From Chiloscyllium plagiosum (taxonomy: Eukaryota): 64,000 nucleotides of DNA. The stretch covers positions 5,384,154 through 5,448,153 of the forward strand of contig NC_057759.1 in NCBI RefSeq assembly GCF_004010195.1. Direction: 5' to 3'. Below are positions 38,580 to 50,411 of the stretch, piece by piece; the first letter of the stretch is position 1; each line of letters opens with the position of its first letter. The notes below the pieces were generated by a model. The model was not told where the DNA came from and made no database searches. It saw nothing but the letters and a program-made list of their open reading frames with translations. A program made the translations under genes and the position numbers.

Positions 38580-41050
38580 GAGGTGCAGTTTCTCACACCC
38601 TCATTTAGGAAAGGTTACCTGAACTCCATGCCCCTAATGCTAAGAAATGGAGTCCGAGGACCACCCACCATCATTACATCAGCGTCTGATTAGGCCCAAT
38701 TGATCAGGGTGATCAAGTACTGATCGATCAATTTGTCAGCATCAAAGACCCTCCCAAAGGTATAAGAAACATTCAGGTATTATAATCACCGCAACACAAC
38801 TCTCAGGAGTGGTAGCTCAAGATGAACAACCATGAAAAGATGATGATCCTTGGACCACCAGAAGGAGACCAAATTGCCACGTGGATGAAGACCAATATCT
38901 AGCACAGTGGTATTTGTACATTCAAATTTAAGTTTAAGAGTTCAGATAGTTAATTAGAATTAGAGGGTTAATTATTAGTTTATAATGTATTGATATTATA
39001 ATATTAGCTGTGTTGAAATAGATTTAAAAAGTCATTTCTTATTAATGTTTTGAGTCGACCTGCAGTTCTTTGCTGAATATAAGAGTCAAAATACACTGTG
39101 TGGCAGACACAAGAAATTGGTGACTTTGGTGGGACTCAATAAGAAGTGACTTTGTTGTTGTAAAATTGAACCCCATGGAACCTAATACTCCCTCAAATTT
39201 TGCCTGTGTCCAAATTAAGAAGACAAGTCCCACCTGATGGTCGGGAATCCAAGTAAACTGAAGGAATAGAAAGGTCTACATTGGACTGTTCTTTAAAGGA
39301 TAAATCCAGTAGGTATGTGTGTGTGCGCGCGCGCGAGAGAGAGAGATCCATCGTGGGACAGGTAAGGTAAAACAGCGGAAGTTGGTACAGACCCAATGTG
39401 ATTAAGATTGGAACACAGCGAAAGCTTAGTTTAATTTTGAATGGCAAAGAAATGTACCTGAGAAAACGACTGTCTGATTTGGAAAAAAAGTTAAGACTTG
39501 TATATCAGTAAGGAAAGGTGGCCGATATGGGCATGATTTTGCAGTAATGATGAAATGGGACCAGGATCCCTAAGACAACAATATTGAGACAATTGGAGGA
39601 AAATTCTCGGAAAGTGGTCTTTCAAGCTTGAAAACCCTACAACAATGATATGCTGTATCAGACAATTGCTAGGAAGTGAGCAGGAATTGAAAAAAGTTTA
39701 GAAGTGTGGCAGTGGCAAAGCACAGCCAGTCAGGCAGCATCCGAGGAGCAGGAGAATCAGAAATGAAGAGTTTATGTTCAAAAGGTCAACTCTCCTGCTC
39801 AGATGCTGCTGAGTGGCTGTGTTTTTCCAGCGTAACACTTTTAGACTCTGATCTCCAGCATCTGCAAACCTCACTCTCGCCTTGGAATCGAAAAGGTTTC
39901 GTAAAGAATCAGATAATGCAAGGAAAGAAATAGAGTTGCAAAGGAAAGTGGCGACTCAGGACTAAAGAAATCATGGGGCAATTCCAAACCCAATGTGAGA
40001 AGGCATACAGGACACCCAGTGAGTTGTTTCAGCTGAAGAAGCCACTGAGAATGAAGTCAGTCAGTTAAAAAGTAAATGTGCAGATCTACAAGCAGCAATA
40101 GATGTTAAAGGCGAAGAACAGGAGGTAGACTGAGATGAGTTCAGGCAAGATGTGCAGCAGTATGCCATGTGAACAGAGGATTATGGTTCTCCGCTAACCT
40201 TCCCAGAAGACCCAACCTGTTTAGCCTCTACTGCAGTGAACTCGATTACCATGGAAAGACCGGTCAGGGATGCCGATGCCCCAGCGTTAACATACACGAA
40301 CACACTTAGTCACACAATTGGTGGAATTTGCTAAAACGATTTCAGAATTTGAGCCATCTGCAGATCCATATGTATTGCTTGTAGTCAGACAACAAAAGGA
40401 TTTGCATTGATTAGATGAGAGAGAGGAGGGAAAAAATTATCAAAATGTCTTTGAGCCAGTCAGCAGAGTCTGCAATCCCAGTCTCTCTGGATGTAGTGGA
40501 AGGAACCCAAGCCACCACGGAAGTGGCAATTCTCACATCAATTGGGTACAATAAAGGAGACCCTGTAGATGGGCTAAACTAGTGCAGTCAAATGAAGAGA
40601 GAACAGCTGACAGCCTACTAATCGGTTATGTGTGTACTTCTCGTGAGTCTATAAACAGGGGTCTGTTATTGGAAGCTGATTCAATGAAGTGGGCTGGGCT
40701 GTAATTTCACGTGCCACTGAAGACAGCCGGAAGACATGTGTGAACTTCAATCCTGCAGAGCCAACCCACAATGAGATGTGTGTTCTGAGGAGACTGTCTC
40801 TGATGTGGGAGAAAGAAGTGCATAAACCAGACAAGAATAAAACGGGGAAAGAGAGGAAAATGCTTCCTTTCAGAGTCTCAATCCAGTATTGAGGAATGAA
40901 GGAAGAGGAGGTAATTATTATCAAAGGATCCCAGCAACGGGGAGAGATAGTACGTGTGGCAGCCAGCGTGGTGCTACTACTGTGGGCAAACAGGACACTA
41001 CGCTCGAGAATATTTAGCTGATGTGTGGGAGGCACAATGTTATAATAACT
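38580..41050 (+). mobile_element. Old LTR-retroelement remnant with a tRNA-Arg-like PBS (mirror ~3220-4890, which lacks the PBS segment)
   Basis: TGGTGACTTTGGTGGGAC at 39118-39135, 16/18 to the complement of the vertebrate tRNA-Arg(UCU) 3' end, followed by purine-rich decayed gag-like sequence. Boundaries approximate. Confidence 0.5.
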
Positions 41051-44000
41051 TTAGTTTATTTGTCCTTACAAAAGGTAACACCGGTTGATCAACCTTACTA
41101 GCACTGAAAACTCCAACTAACAGTAATACACTTAACTAATTCCTAACAAACCTAACTTGAACTCTGTCCCTTACTGTCACTACTTTATTTTCTACTTACA
41201 GGATGTGGTTGCGACTGGCTGTGCCCTGCATTAATCACCCTAGTTTCCAGTTTCCCCCTTGAGAAGATAACAGTGAGCTGCCTTCTTGAACCATTGCAGT
41301 CAATGTGCTTCAGGTAGGCCCCCATGACCTTTGGGAGGTAATTTCCAGATGTCGACCCAACAATGCTGAAGGAACAGCTGATATATTTCCAAGTCAGGAT
41401 GGTGAGTGAATCGGAGGGGAAATTGTAGGGGGTGGCATTCCCACGTATTTCCTGCCCTTGCCCTTCCAGATGGAAGCGATCATGGGTTTGAAAGTTTTTT
41501 TATGAGGAACTTTGGTGAATTTTGCAAATGGTACACACTGCTGAGATTGAGCATCGATGGTGGAGGGAGTGGATGTTTGTGGATGTGGTGCCAATCAAGC
41601 GGGAGCTATTTTGTCCTGGATGGTGTTGAGCTTCTCTAGTGTTCTTGGAGCTGCACCAGGCAAGTGGGGAATATTCCATCACATTTCTGACTTGTGCCTT
41701 GTCGATGGTAGACAGGATTTTGGGGGTGTGGCTGAGGGTGGAGGGGGTATTTCTGGAGATGCGTTACTCGCTGCAGTATTCCTAGCCTCTGGCCTGCTCT
41801 TGTAGCTACAGTATTGATATGGCAAGTCCAGTTCAGTTTCTGGTCAATGGGAATTCTGGTTCTGGGGAGACTCAAATAGTAATATCAAATTGTCAAGGAG
41901 CTGATGGTTAGATTCTCTCTCAATTGTTACCCCCAGAATGTTGATGGTGAGGGGATTCAGCGATGGTAACACTATTGAACATCAAGAGGCGATACTTGGA
42001 ATCTTTCTTATTAGAGATATGTGTGGTGCAAATGTTACTTGTCACTTGTCAGCACAAGCCTAGGTATTATCAAGACCTTGCTACATTTTGACGCAGACTG
42101 CTTCAGTATCTGAGGCATGGGGAATGGAACTGAAGAGTAGAGTCATAGAAATGAACAGCATGGAAACAGACCCTTCAGTCCAACTCAACTATGCCGACCA
42201 GATGCCCTAAATGAATCTGATCCTATTTGGCAGCATTTGGATCATATCCCTGCAAACCTTTCCTGTTCATGTACCGATCCAGGTGCTTTCTAAATGTTGT
42301 AAATTAACCTGTCCCTACAACTCCCCTCTGACAGATCATTCCGTACACACACCATCCTCTGTGTGAAAAAGACATGCCACTTAGGTCCCTTTTAAATCTG
42401 TCTTGTCTCACCTAAAATCTATTCCCTCCAGTTTTGGACTTGCCTACCATGGGAGGAAATACCTTAGTCATTCACCCTAATTCACCCTATCCATGCCCCT
42501 CAAGTTTTTATAAACTTCCACATTTTACTCACCTTTAATCTTAATCGATCCAGGGAAAATAGCCCCAGCCTATTCAGCATTTCCCTATTCCTCAAACCCT
42601 CCAACCCTGGCAACATCCTTGTAAATCTTTTCCAAAACCTTTCAAACTTAAACAGTATCTCTCCTAATAGCAAGGACACCAGAATTTCATCCAGTATTCC
42701 AAAAAAAGGACATAACTAATATGCTGTACAGTGAGAACATTACATCCCAATTCTTATACTCAGTGCACTAACCAATGAAGGCCAGTGTACCAAATGCCTT
42801 CTGGTTCGCTATCCTGTCCACCTGCAACTCGCTTTCAAGGAACTATGAACCTGCACCCCTCGGTCTCATTGTTGCGCAATATTCCCCTGAATGCTACCAC
42901 TAAGTGTATAAATCCTACCCTGATTTGCCTTACCAAAATTCAACACCTCACTTTATCTAATATTTATCCAATGTGAAATACATTGAACACTTCTGGGTCC
43001 CCATATCTGAGAATATATAGTCTGGGCAGCGAGACAGTGCAGAGAAAATTCACACAGCTGATCCCGGATATGGAGGGACTGTCTGACGAGGAAGAGGTTG
43101 GGTAGGAGTAGGTCGGGTCTGTCCTGGTTGGAGTTCAGAAGAATGAGAGGTGACCTTATTGAAGATTCTTAGAGGGACCTGAAAAGGGAGGAGAGAGAGA
43201 TTGTTTCCCCTTGTGTAGGAGAGTTTAGGACCAGAGGGGCATTGTCTCAGAATAAAGGAGGTTACCCATTGGAGATGGAAATGGGAAGGAATTTATTTTC
43301 TCTGAGGGACTAATCGGTGGAATTCTTTACCGCACAGGGGTGTTGAGCCTGGCTCACTGATTATATTCAAGCCGAGATAAAGAGATTTTTAATGAGGAAG
43401 GGGAATTCATGGTGGATGTTTTGTGGCAGTAAGAGCGTTTGAGTGGGATGGAGGGGAGGGGGGGGGTGTAATGACACAAATGTAGAGTTGAGGGTGATTA
43501 GATCAGAAGTGTTCCCATTTAACATCAGAGCAAATTCTCTAGGCTGAATACCACAGTCCCACACCAACATCTTTTGGTCTTCGCATTCTGAAAACAGTTA
43601 AGTTACATGAACAGTGCAGATATAAAACCATTGCACAGAGTTGAGCCAAATTTCACAGTAAAAGGTCTCTCAAAGGCAAATAATCTCCAGTTAGAAACTC
43701 GTCTCGGGATCAGAGCAGAGGAGAAAGTTGGTGATCTACCAATTACAGAACACTCCTCCTGAAATTAACCCTCATCCCCAGCAGCTAAATCTGGAGTAAA
43801 AGTGGGACTATTCCAACAGCAATAAAAGATGATGTGAAGATGTCGGTCAACCTGAGAGACCTATTATGACAAATTGTCATTGACTGGTATACATTCAGTA
43901 TGGCAACCGGAGAGCCAATACATCCCACATCTTCCATTGCCAATGTCAATTTGCTCCACCTAGAGTTGGAACTCTTGTAAAGTGTCCTGATCAGTTTCAA

Positions 44001-44121
44001 GACCAGAAACGAAATACACCATTTCCATTTAGCCAGATCAGCATTCGTGAACCATGGTTTCCATCCCGTGTTAGCTTCCCCTCGCACCTCCCACTGCACT
44101 GCGGCCACTTGGTTCACTCAC

Positions 44122-44388
44122 TCTGGACAGTGATTTCCACCTGGAGGGACATGAACGTTGAAAGGTTCTGGAAAACCATGCAGCGGTACCATCCTGAATC
44201 TATTAAGGTCACTCGGTGGATGTGATAGATGTTGTGAGACACAGAATCAGAGCTCGCGAGGATTTTGTTTCTGTAGAAGGAAGTTTGTCCTCTCCCACAC
44301 ACGTGATCCTGGGTGCAGTGACAATTCAATGTGATGGATTCACCGACTCTCTGCAGTCTGGGATCCACCTGCAATATCACCGGACTTT
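44122..44388 (-). CDS. Ig domain exon 3 of the FcR-like receptor gene
   Basis: Acceptor ctctgtcaatttcag|AA, donor A|gtgagt, 267 nt, phase 1-1. Encodes SPVILQVDPRLQRVGESITLNCHC...SFYRNK...VTLIDSGWYRCMV...SLQVEITVQ. Confidence 0.88.
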
Positions 44389-44495
44389 CTGAAATTGACA
44401 GAGTAGCTAAAATGTTTTGTGATGTAAACCATAGGATTTTGATTAATCATTTTCAATGTCTGTTGCTTGGGTATCTGCTTCACAATTGGAGTGAG

Positions 44496-44719
44496 TGTGA
44501 TGATGTCAGCTGGGTGGAACACAGAGTATGAATTCCCCCTGATTGGACCAGGTTAACAGCCCCAATCAGAGAGTCCTGGCCAAAAGGTGTAAACGGGAGT
44601 GTCAGGGGTTCTGCTCAATTTTGGAGTCAGCTCTGAGCTAGCTGAGTTAGTGACATGTACCATACACATGTAATTAAAGTGGGACTTGGCTGAATACCGG
44701 CCTCTGTGGAGTTACTTCA
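44496..44719 (+). mobile_element. Possible short solo LTR
   Basis: TG...CA bounded, with opposing CCAAT boxes and an ATTAAA; no clear TSD. Confidence 0.35.
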
Positions 44720-46318
44720 GATTTTCATCTCTGCATCTGATGTTAACTATGAGCAGGTATTTCTGACACCATTCCATCTAAAACCAGTTGGGAAGTCTGG
44801 ATATAGACTGCATAGCTTTATATATTTAGATTACGTTTTGTTGGAAGGATTTATATTGCAGTTGTGAGAGACCACTTGGGATGAAAATTCATACCATGAC
44901 AAAATTTTTCATTTGGTTGGAGAGTGAGATTCTGAGACTAGGTTGCTGAATGTTAATAAGATAAACTATGATAGTATGAGGCGTGGGTAGGCCATGATAG
45001 ATCGGGAAATGTTAGTGAAAAGAATGAGAGTGGGCAGGCAGTGGCGAACATTCAAAGAGCGCATGGGTCAACTACCAAACTTATTTACTCCAATCTGATT
45101 TAAGTGAAACGAGAACAGTAGCCAAATTATGGCTTACAGGGGAAGTTTCAGATAGCATTGGATGAAAAAAAGGCTTTCAAATTAGCAAGAAAAGAAACAA
45201 TAGCCTTAAGGATGAGGAACAGTTCAGAAGTCACCAAAGGAGGACCAAAAGATTGTGTGAGAATAGGAAACTAGAGTATTAGTATAGGCTTGCTGGGAAC
45301 ATAAGAACTGACTGTAAAATTTCTGCAAATATGTAAAAAGAAACTTATTGCTGTAAACTAATCTAAGTCCCTTGCAGTCAGATACAAGGGAATTTACAAT
45401 GAGGAACAAAGAAACGGCTGATGAACTGAATTTATACTTCACTTCTGTCTTCATACAGTAAAAGATGAAAAATGTGCCGGAAATGATGGGGACGCAAAAG
45501 TTGTTGAGCGGGAGGAAATAAAGGAATATTGCTAGGGACATTGATGGGATTGAAGGGAGATCGATCCTCAGGGTCTGACAATCTACATCCCAGAGTGGCC
45601 ATAGAATTTATGGTTGCGTTGGTGACAGTGTTCAAGGATCCAACAGACTGTGGGACAGTTCATGTAGATTGGATGTTTGCTGATGAAACCTTACTATTTA
45701 AAAAAGGGAAGTAGAGTCATAGAGTAATACAGCATGGAAATAGGTCCTCTGGCCCATTGAAACCCTCTCAATTAAAAACATACACCTAGAATAACTCACC
45801 TCAGCTCGTAGTCTATTAAAGTGTGAGTGTGTGACAGAGAACTCCTAACTTCTACAATTAAGGAAAAATAACAACTTATTTTCCTAACTCTAATAGTGAA
45901 CACTAAACAACAACTATTTACAAACTACTTATTATTTGACTCCAATGCAATAAAGATGTTTTGTTCCATTAACACTTATGAAACATTTTATTAGCTAAAT
46001 CTCAAGACCACATGGTCTCTGCTGTCTTCAGTTTTCCTGTTGCTGATTTCGCTGGGTCATCTTTTTTTTCACTGCGAATAAACGTTACATGAAAAGGTAC
46101 CTTTTGATAGGGGAAAAAATACTAATTTCTTTAATAGCACGTTGTTGGAAAGGCAGTTAATTTTCTGGTATTTTATCCCACTATGGCAGTTGCTCTCTGA
46201 CTAATTTTCAAAATGTCTTCATTCTTATATCACCCAACATTGGATTGTCTCATTTGGTCAATGTTGGAAAAACAATAAGTTCAAACTCAATTTGCTTTTA
46301 GTAGCCCATGGCATTTTA

Positions 46319-46603
46319 GGGCAGCACGGTGGCACAGTGGTTAGCACTGCTGCCTCACAGCGCCAGAGACCCAGGTTCAACTCCCGCCTCAGGCAACTGT
46401 CTGTGTGGAGTTTGCACATTCTCCCCGTGTCTGCGTGGGTTTCCTCCCACAGTCCAAAAGGTGAATTGGCCATGCTAAATTGCCCGTAGTGTTAGGTGAA
46501 GGGCTAAATGTAGGGGAATGGGTCTGGGTGGGTTGCTCTTCAGAGGGTCGGTGTGGACTTGTTGGGCTGAAGGGCCTGTTTCCACACTGTAAGTAATCTA
46601 ATC
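46319..46603 (+). mobile_element. HE1/V-SINE type SINE
   Basis: Head, core and tail with small internal deletions. Confidence 0.88.
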
Positions 46604-49600
46604 TGATTAGTTAACCTAGAATTGTTCTCAAAACAACAAACAAAACTCTGGTATCCATTTCACAGCTAAATGTTATACATTTTCAATTTTCCAGTATACT
46701 CTGGGAGGGCCATCTAGTCAGATACAGGGGCTTGTAATCTCTCAGTTCAGAACAACATTCTCTGTCTTAAAGATACAATACATTTCTTCAAACCTCATAA
46801 CACAGGAGGGTGTTGAAACTGTACTGGAAATGCTGGGGAACACAGAGGTTGGTGAGAGAGAGCTGGGGACATTGATGGGTAAAAATGGAGATCGATCCTC
46901 AGGGCCTGACAATCTACACTACAGAATGGTTAAGGAAATAGTTTTAGAATTGATACATTGGTGACCATATTCCAGGATTCTACAGATGCTGGGATAGTGC
47001 CTGCATATTAGACGGTTGATGATGCAATCCTACTATTTAAAAAGGGAAGTAGGGTCATCGAGTAATACAGCAGGGAAAGAGGCCCTTCAGCCCAAACTGC
47101 TCCATGCCAACTATGGTTCCCACTAAGCTAGTTACAATTGCCCTCATTTGGTCCACATCCCTCTAAACCCTTCCCATCCATGTACCTATCCAAATGTCAT
47201 TTCAAAATGTTACTATTGTACCTGCCTCAAACATTTTCTCTTCCAGTCCATTCCATCTTCACACCATAGTCTGAGCAGAAAATGTTGTCCCTCAGGTCCT
47301 CCTTAAATCTTTCCCCTCTCACTTTAAATCTGTGCCCTCTAGTTAGCCTTTTTCCCAGGGATGGGGAAATGATATCTGCATTCATCCTCTCCATGCCCCT
47401 GATTATCTTATACACCTCAATAAGGTCACCACTCATTCTCCCATGTTCCAAGGAATAAAGTCCTATCCTGGCCAATCTCTCCCTTCAACTCAGACCTACT
47501 CGTCCGGGCCACATCCTTATAAATCTTCTTTGCACTTTTTCCAGTTTAATTATGTTTTCTTATAACAGGGTTATCAAACCTATACACAATACAACAATTG
47601 TGGCCTCACCGATGACTTATACAACTGTAACATAAAGTGCCAACTCCTACGTTCAATGCCTCGACTGATGAAGGCCAGCATGCTAAATGCCTTCATAACC
47701 ACCTCGCCACCTATTGCGCTGCCTTCAACAAACGATGTAGTTATACTCCTAGACTCCTCTCTTCCACCAACATCTCTGGACCTTTAAACCTCCTAGCTTG
47801 GTTTGACTTTATAAAGTGTGACACCTCACACTTACCTGTATTGAATTGCATTTGCAAATCCTCAGCCCACTTCCCCACCTGATCAAGATCCCTCTGTAAT
47901 TGTTGATCACCTCTTCCTTGCTATCATCAATACTTTCCAATTGTGTATCATCCACCAACTTACTAATCATGCCTTGTACATTCACATCCAGATCATTTAT
48001 TTGAATAACAAATAATAAAGGTCCTAGCGCCGACTCCTGAGACTTTCCACTAGTCACAGATTTCCAGTCTGAGAGAAAAAAACCTTCAACCATCACTCTG
48101 CTTCCTAGAATTGAGCCAATATTGAATGCAATTAGTTAGGTTTCCATGGATCCCATGCGTCCTAACCTTTGTTACTAATCTGCCATGCAGGGCCTTGTCA
48201 AAATCCATGTAGACAACATCCATTGGGCATTATAGACCATCGGAATTGGGAATATCAGGGACATTTTGAGGATTCAACATTGGCCAATTTCATGTCAACA
48301 TAGGGACAGTTTAACCTGAGTGATGGATAAAACCATAAGCATTATAGCCAGAAATTGATATCAGAGCCACACCGTGCTGTGATCAGCTAAAAGTAACCGC
48401 TCAAATTATTAATCCCCTAATAATGCCAATCACTCAGTGTCATCTTTTCAGCTGCTGAAATGCATTTCTCTCGAGATTTCATGGGAATTAAATCAATCAA
48501 ATCATGTGATGCACGTCTGAAATAATATTCACATCAAATTCAGGGAATAACATTAGTTTAGACGGCGGATTGGCTAGCCAACAGACAACAGAGTCAGGAT
48601 AAATGGACCTTTTCTTTCTGTTTTAGTGGGATATAATGAGTGGGAGCCCACAAGGTTAAGCCTTTGTCTCCAACTATTTATAATCTGCATTCATGATTTG
48701 GGTGCAGTGATAAAAGGTACTCTAAGCAAATGTGCAGCTGACACTAAAATAATTGGGAAACCATAAGCTACAAGGTAGAAATAAGGTACTTACAAATGGA
48801 ACCAAATAGGTTAGGTGATGGCAATAATATTTGACGTTTGATGCAGGTGTGAGGTTGACCACTGTGGTTAAAGGAATAGAAATGCAACTTATTATTCAAG
48901 TAGGCGAGAAACTTCAGAGTGAGACAGTGCAGAGGGATCCGGGTGTCCTTGTGCATGAAACTTAGAAAGTTGGCATGTAAGGACAGCAGGTAATAAGGAA
49001 GGCAATTGGCAATTGCTGAAAGAATGGTGTAAATGAGTAGGGAAATGTTGCTGCAACTACACAATGCATTAAGGTTTCCTCATCTGGAGTGCTGCATGGT
49101 GGTTTGGTCCACTTACTTGAGGAAGGATATAATTGCATTGGAGGCAGTTCAGCAGAGATTCACTCAATCGATTACAGGGGTTTGTCTTATGTGGAGAGAT
49201 TAAACGGTTTTGGCATATACTCTCTGTAGTTTAGAAAAATGAGAGGAGATCCAATTGTGGGATATAAGATGTGAAAGGGTGAGGTGGGGTTGACAAAAAA
49301 GATGGAGAGAGGATGTTTCCTCCTGTGGGATAATCTCAAATGAGAGGTCATTAGTTCAGGATAAGGGGCTGAGCAGACTGAAAGCAGAGATAAGGAGGAA
49401 TGGCTTTTCTGAAAGTGAGTGGGGCAAGGGAGGTGTGAATCTGTAGAAATTCTTCCATCCGCCCTCCCCAGAGTTTGTGCGGGGAATGCCAGAACACTGA
49501 ATAACTTTGAGGAGGAGACAACAGGATTTTTGACTTTGCCAATCCACAGCACACTTCCCCATCTGATCAAGATTCCTTTATAATGTTTGGTAAACTTTCA

Positions 49601-50129
49601 TGCTGTCAACCATATTTATATCCTAATTTTGTGTCATCCACCAACTTATTAAGCATGCCTTGTACATTCACATCCAGATCACTTATGTAAATGACAAATA
49701 ATAAAGGTCCCAGCACCGAATCCTGTGGTGCACCACACATCACAGGCCTCCAGTCTGAGAATCAACCTTCAAACATCACTCCCTGCTTCCTCGAAGTGAG
49801 CCAATTTTGATTCCAATAAGGCTTTGTGACTAGCCTGCCATGAAGGAACTTGTCATAGGCCTCACTAAAGTCCATATAGACAGCATCCATTTGGAATTAT
49901 AGACCAGTCAGTCTGACATCGGAATTGGGAGTATCTGGGGCACGTTAAGTGTTCATCATTGGCCATCGTTTCAAGTCAATATGAAGGGTTAAAGGGAGCG
50001 GGGGTGGGGAAGTGGATATGGGGTTGAGATATGATCAACCACAGTCGTACGGAATGGGGGAAGCAGGTTTTGGAGGGACTGATTGGTCTCGTTCTGCTTC
50101 TAACCCTTATATTCTAAAGTGAAACGTAC

Positions 50130-50411
50130 TTCGCACATCCATATGTTTGTAAGCTGAAGTGTATACAGGGCCATCAGGATGATTAACAAACTGCATTTGG
50201 CATTGATACCGTCCTGTATCCTCAGACGTAACCCGTTCCTTTTCAAAAGAAACAGTTTTATTTCTTGTCCGGATCTCAGCCACAACAGAGCCTTCCCAAT
50301 AAAGCGTGTAACTGAATTCATCTTGCACACGGAATGCAAATTGACAATGCAACTTCAGTGTCTGTTCATACCACAGAGGTTCTGGCTCAGATTCAATAAT
50401 TGAATCAGGAG
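50130..50411 (-). CDS. Ig domain exon 2 of the FcR-like receptor gene
   Basis: Acceptor catttctttcttgacag|CT, donor A|gtacgt, 282 nt, phase 1-1. Encodes PDSIIESEPEPLWYEQTLKLHCQF...YTLYWEG...VTSEDTGRYQCQM...SAYKHMDVR. Confidence 0.88.

Larger units (their letters stand above)
31081..43445 (-). repeat. Right arm of the inverted segmental duplication
   Basis: Reverse complement of 1656-16893 with scattered substitutions and arm-specific indels. Confidence 0.95.

Noticed and set aside
43785..44117. 110-aa ORF after Ig3 as an alternative TM/tail
   Set aside because: Out of frame with Ig3 read-through, no convincing TM helix and no acceptor.
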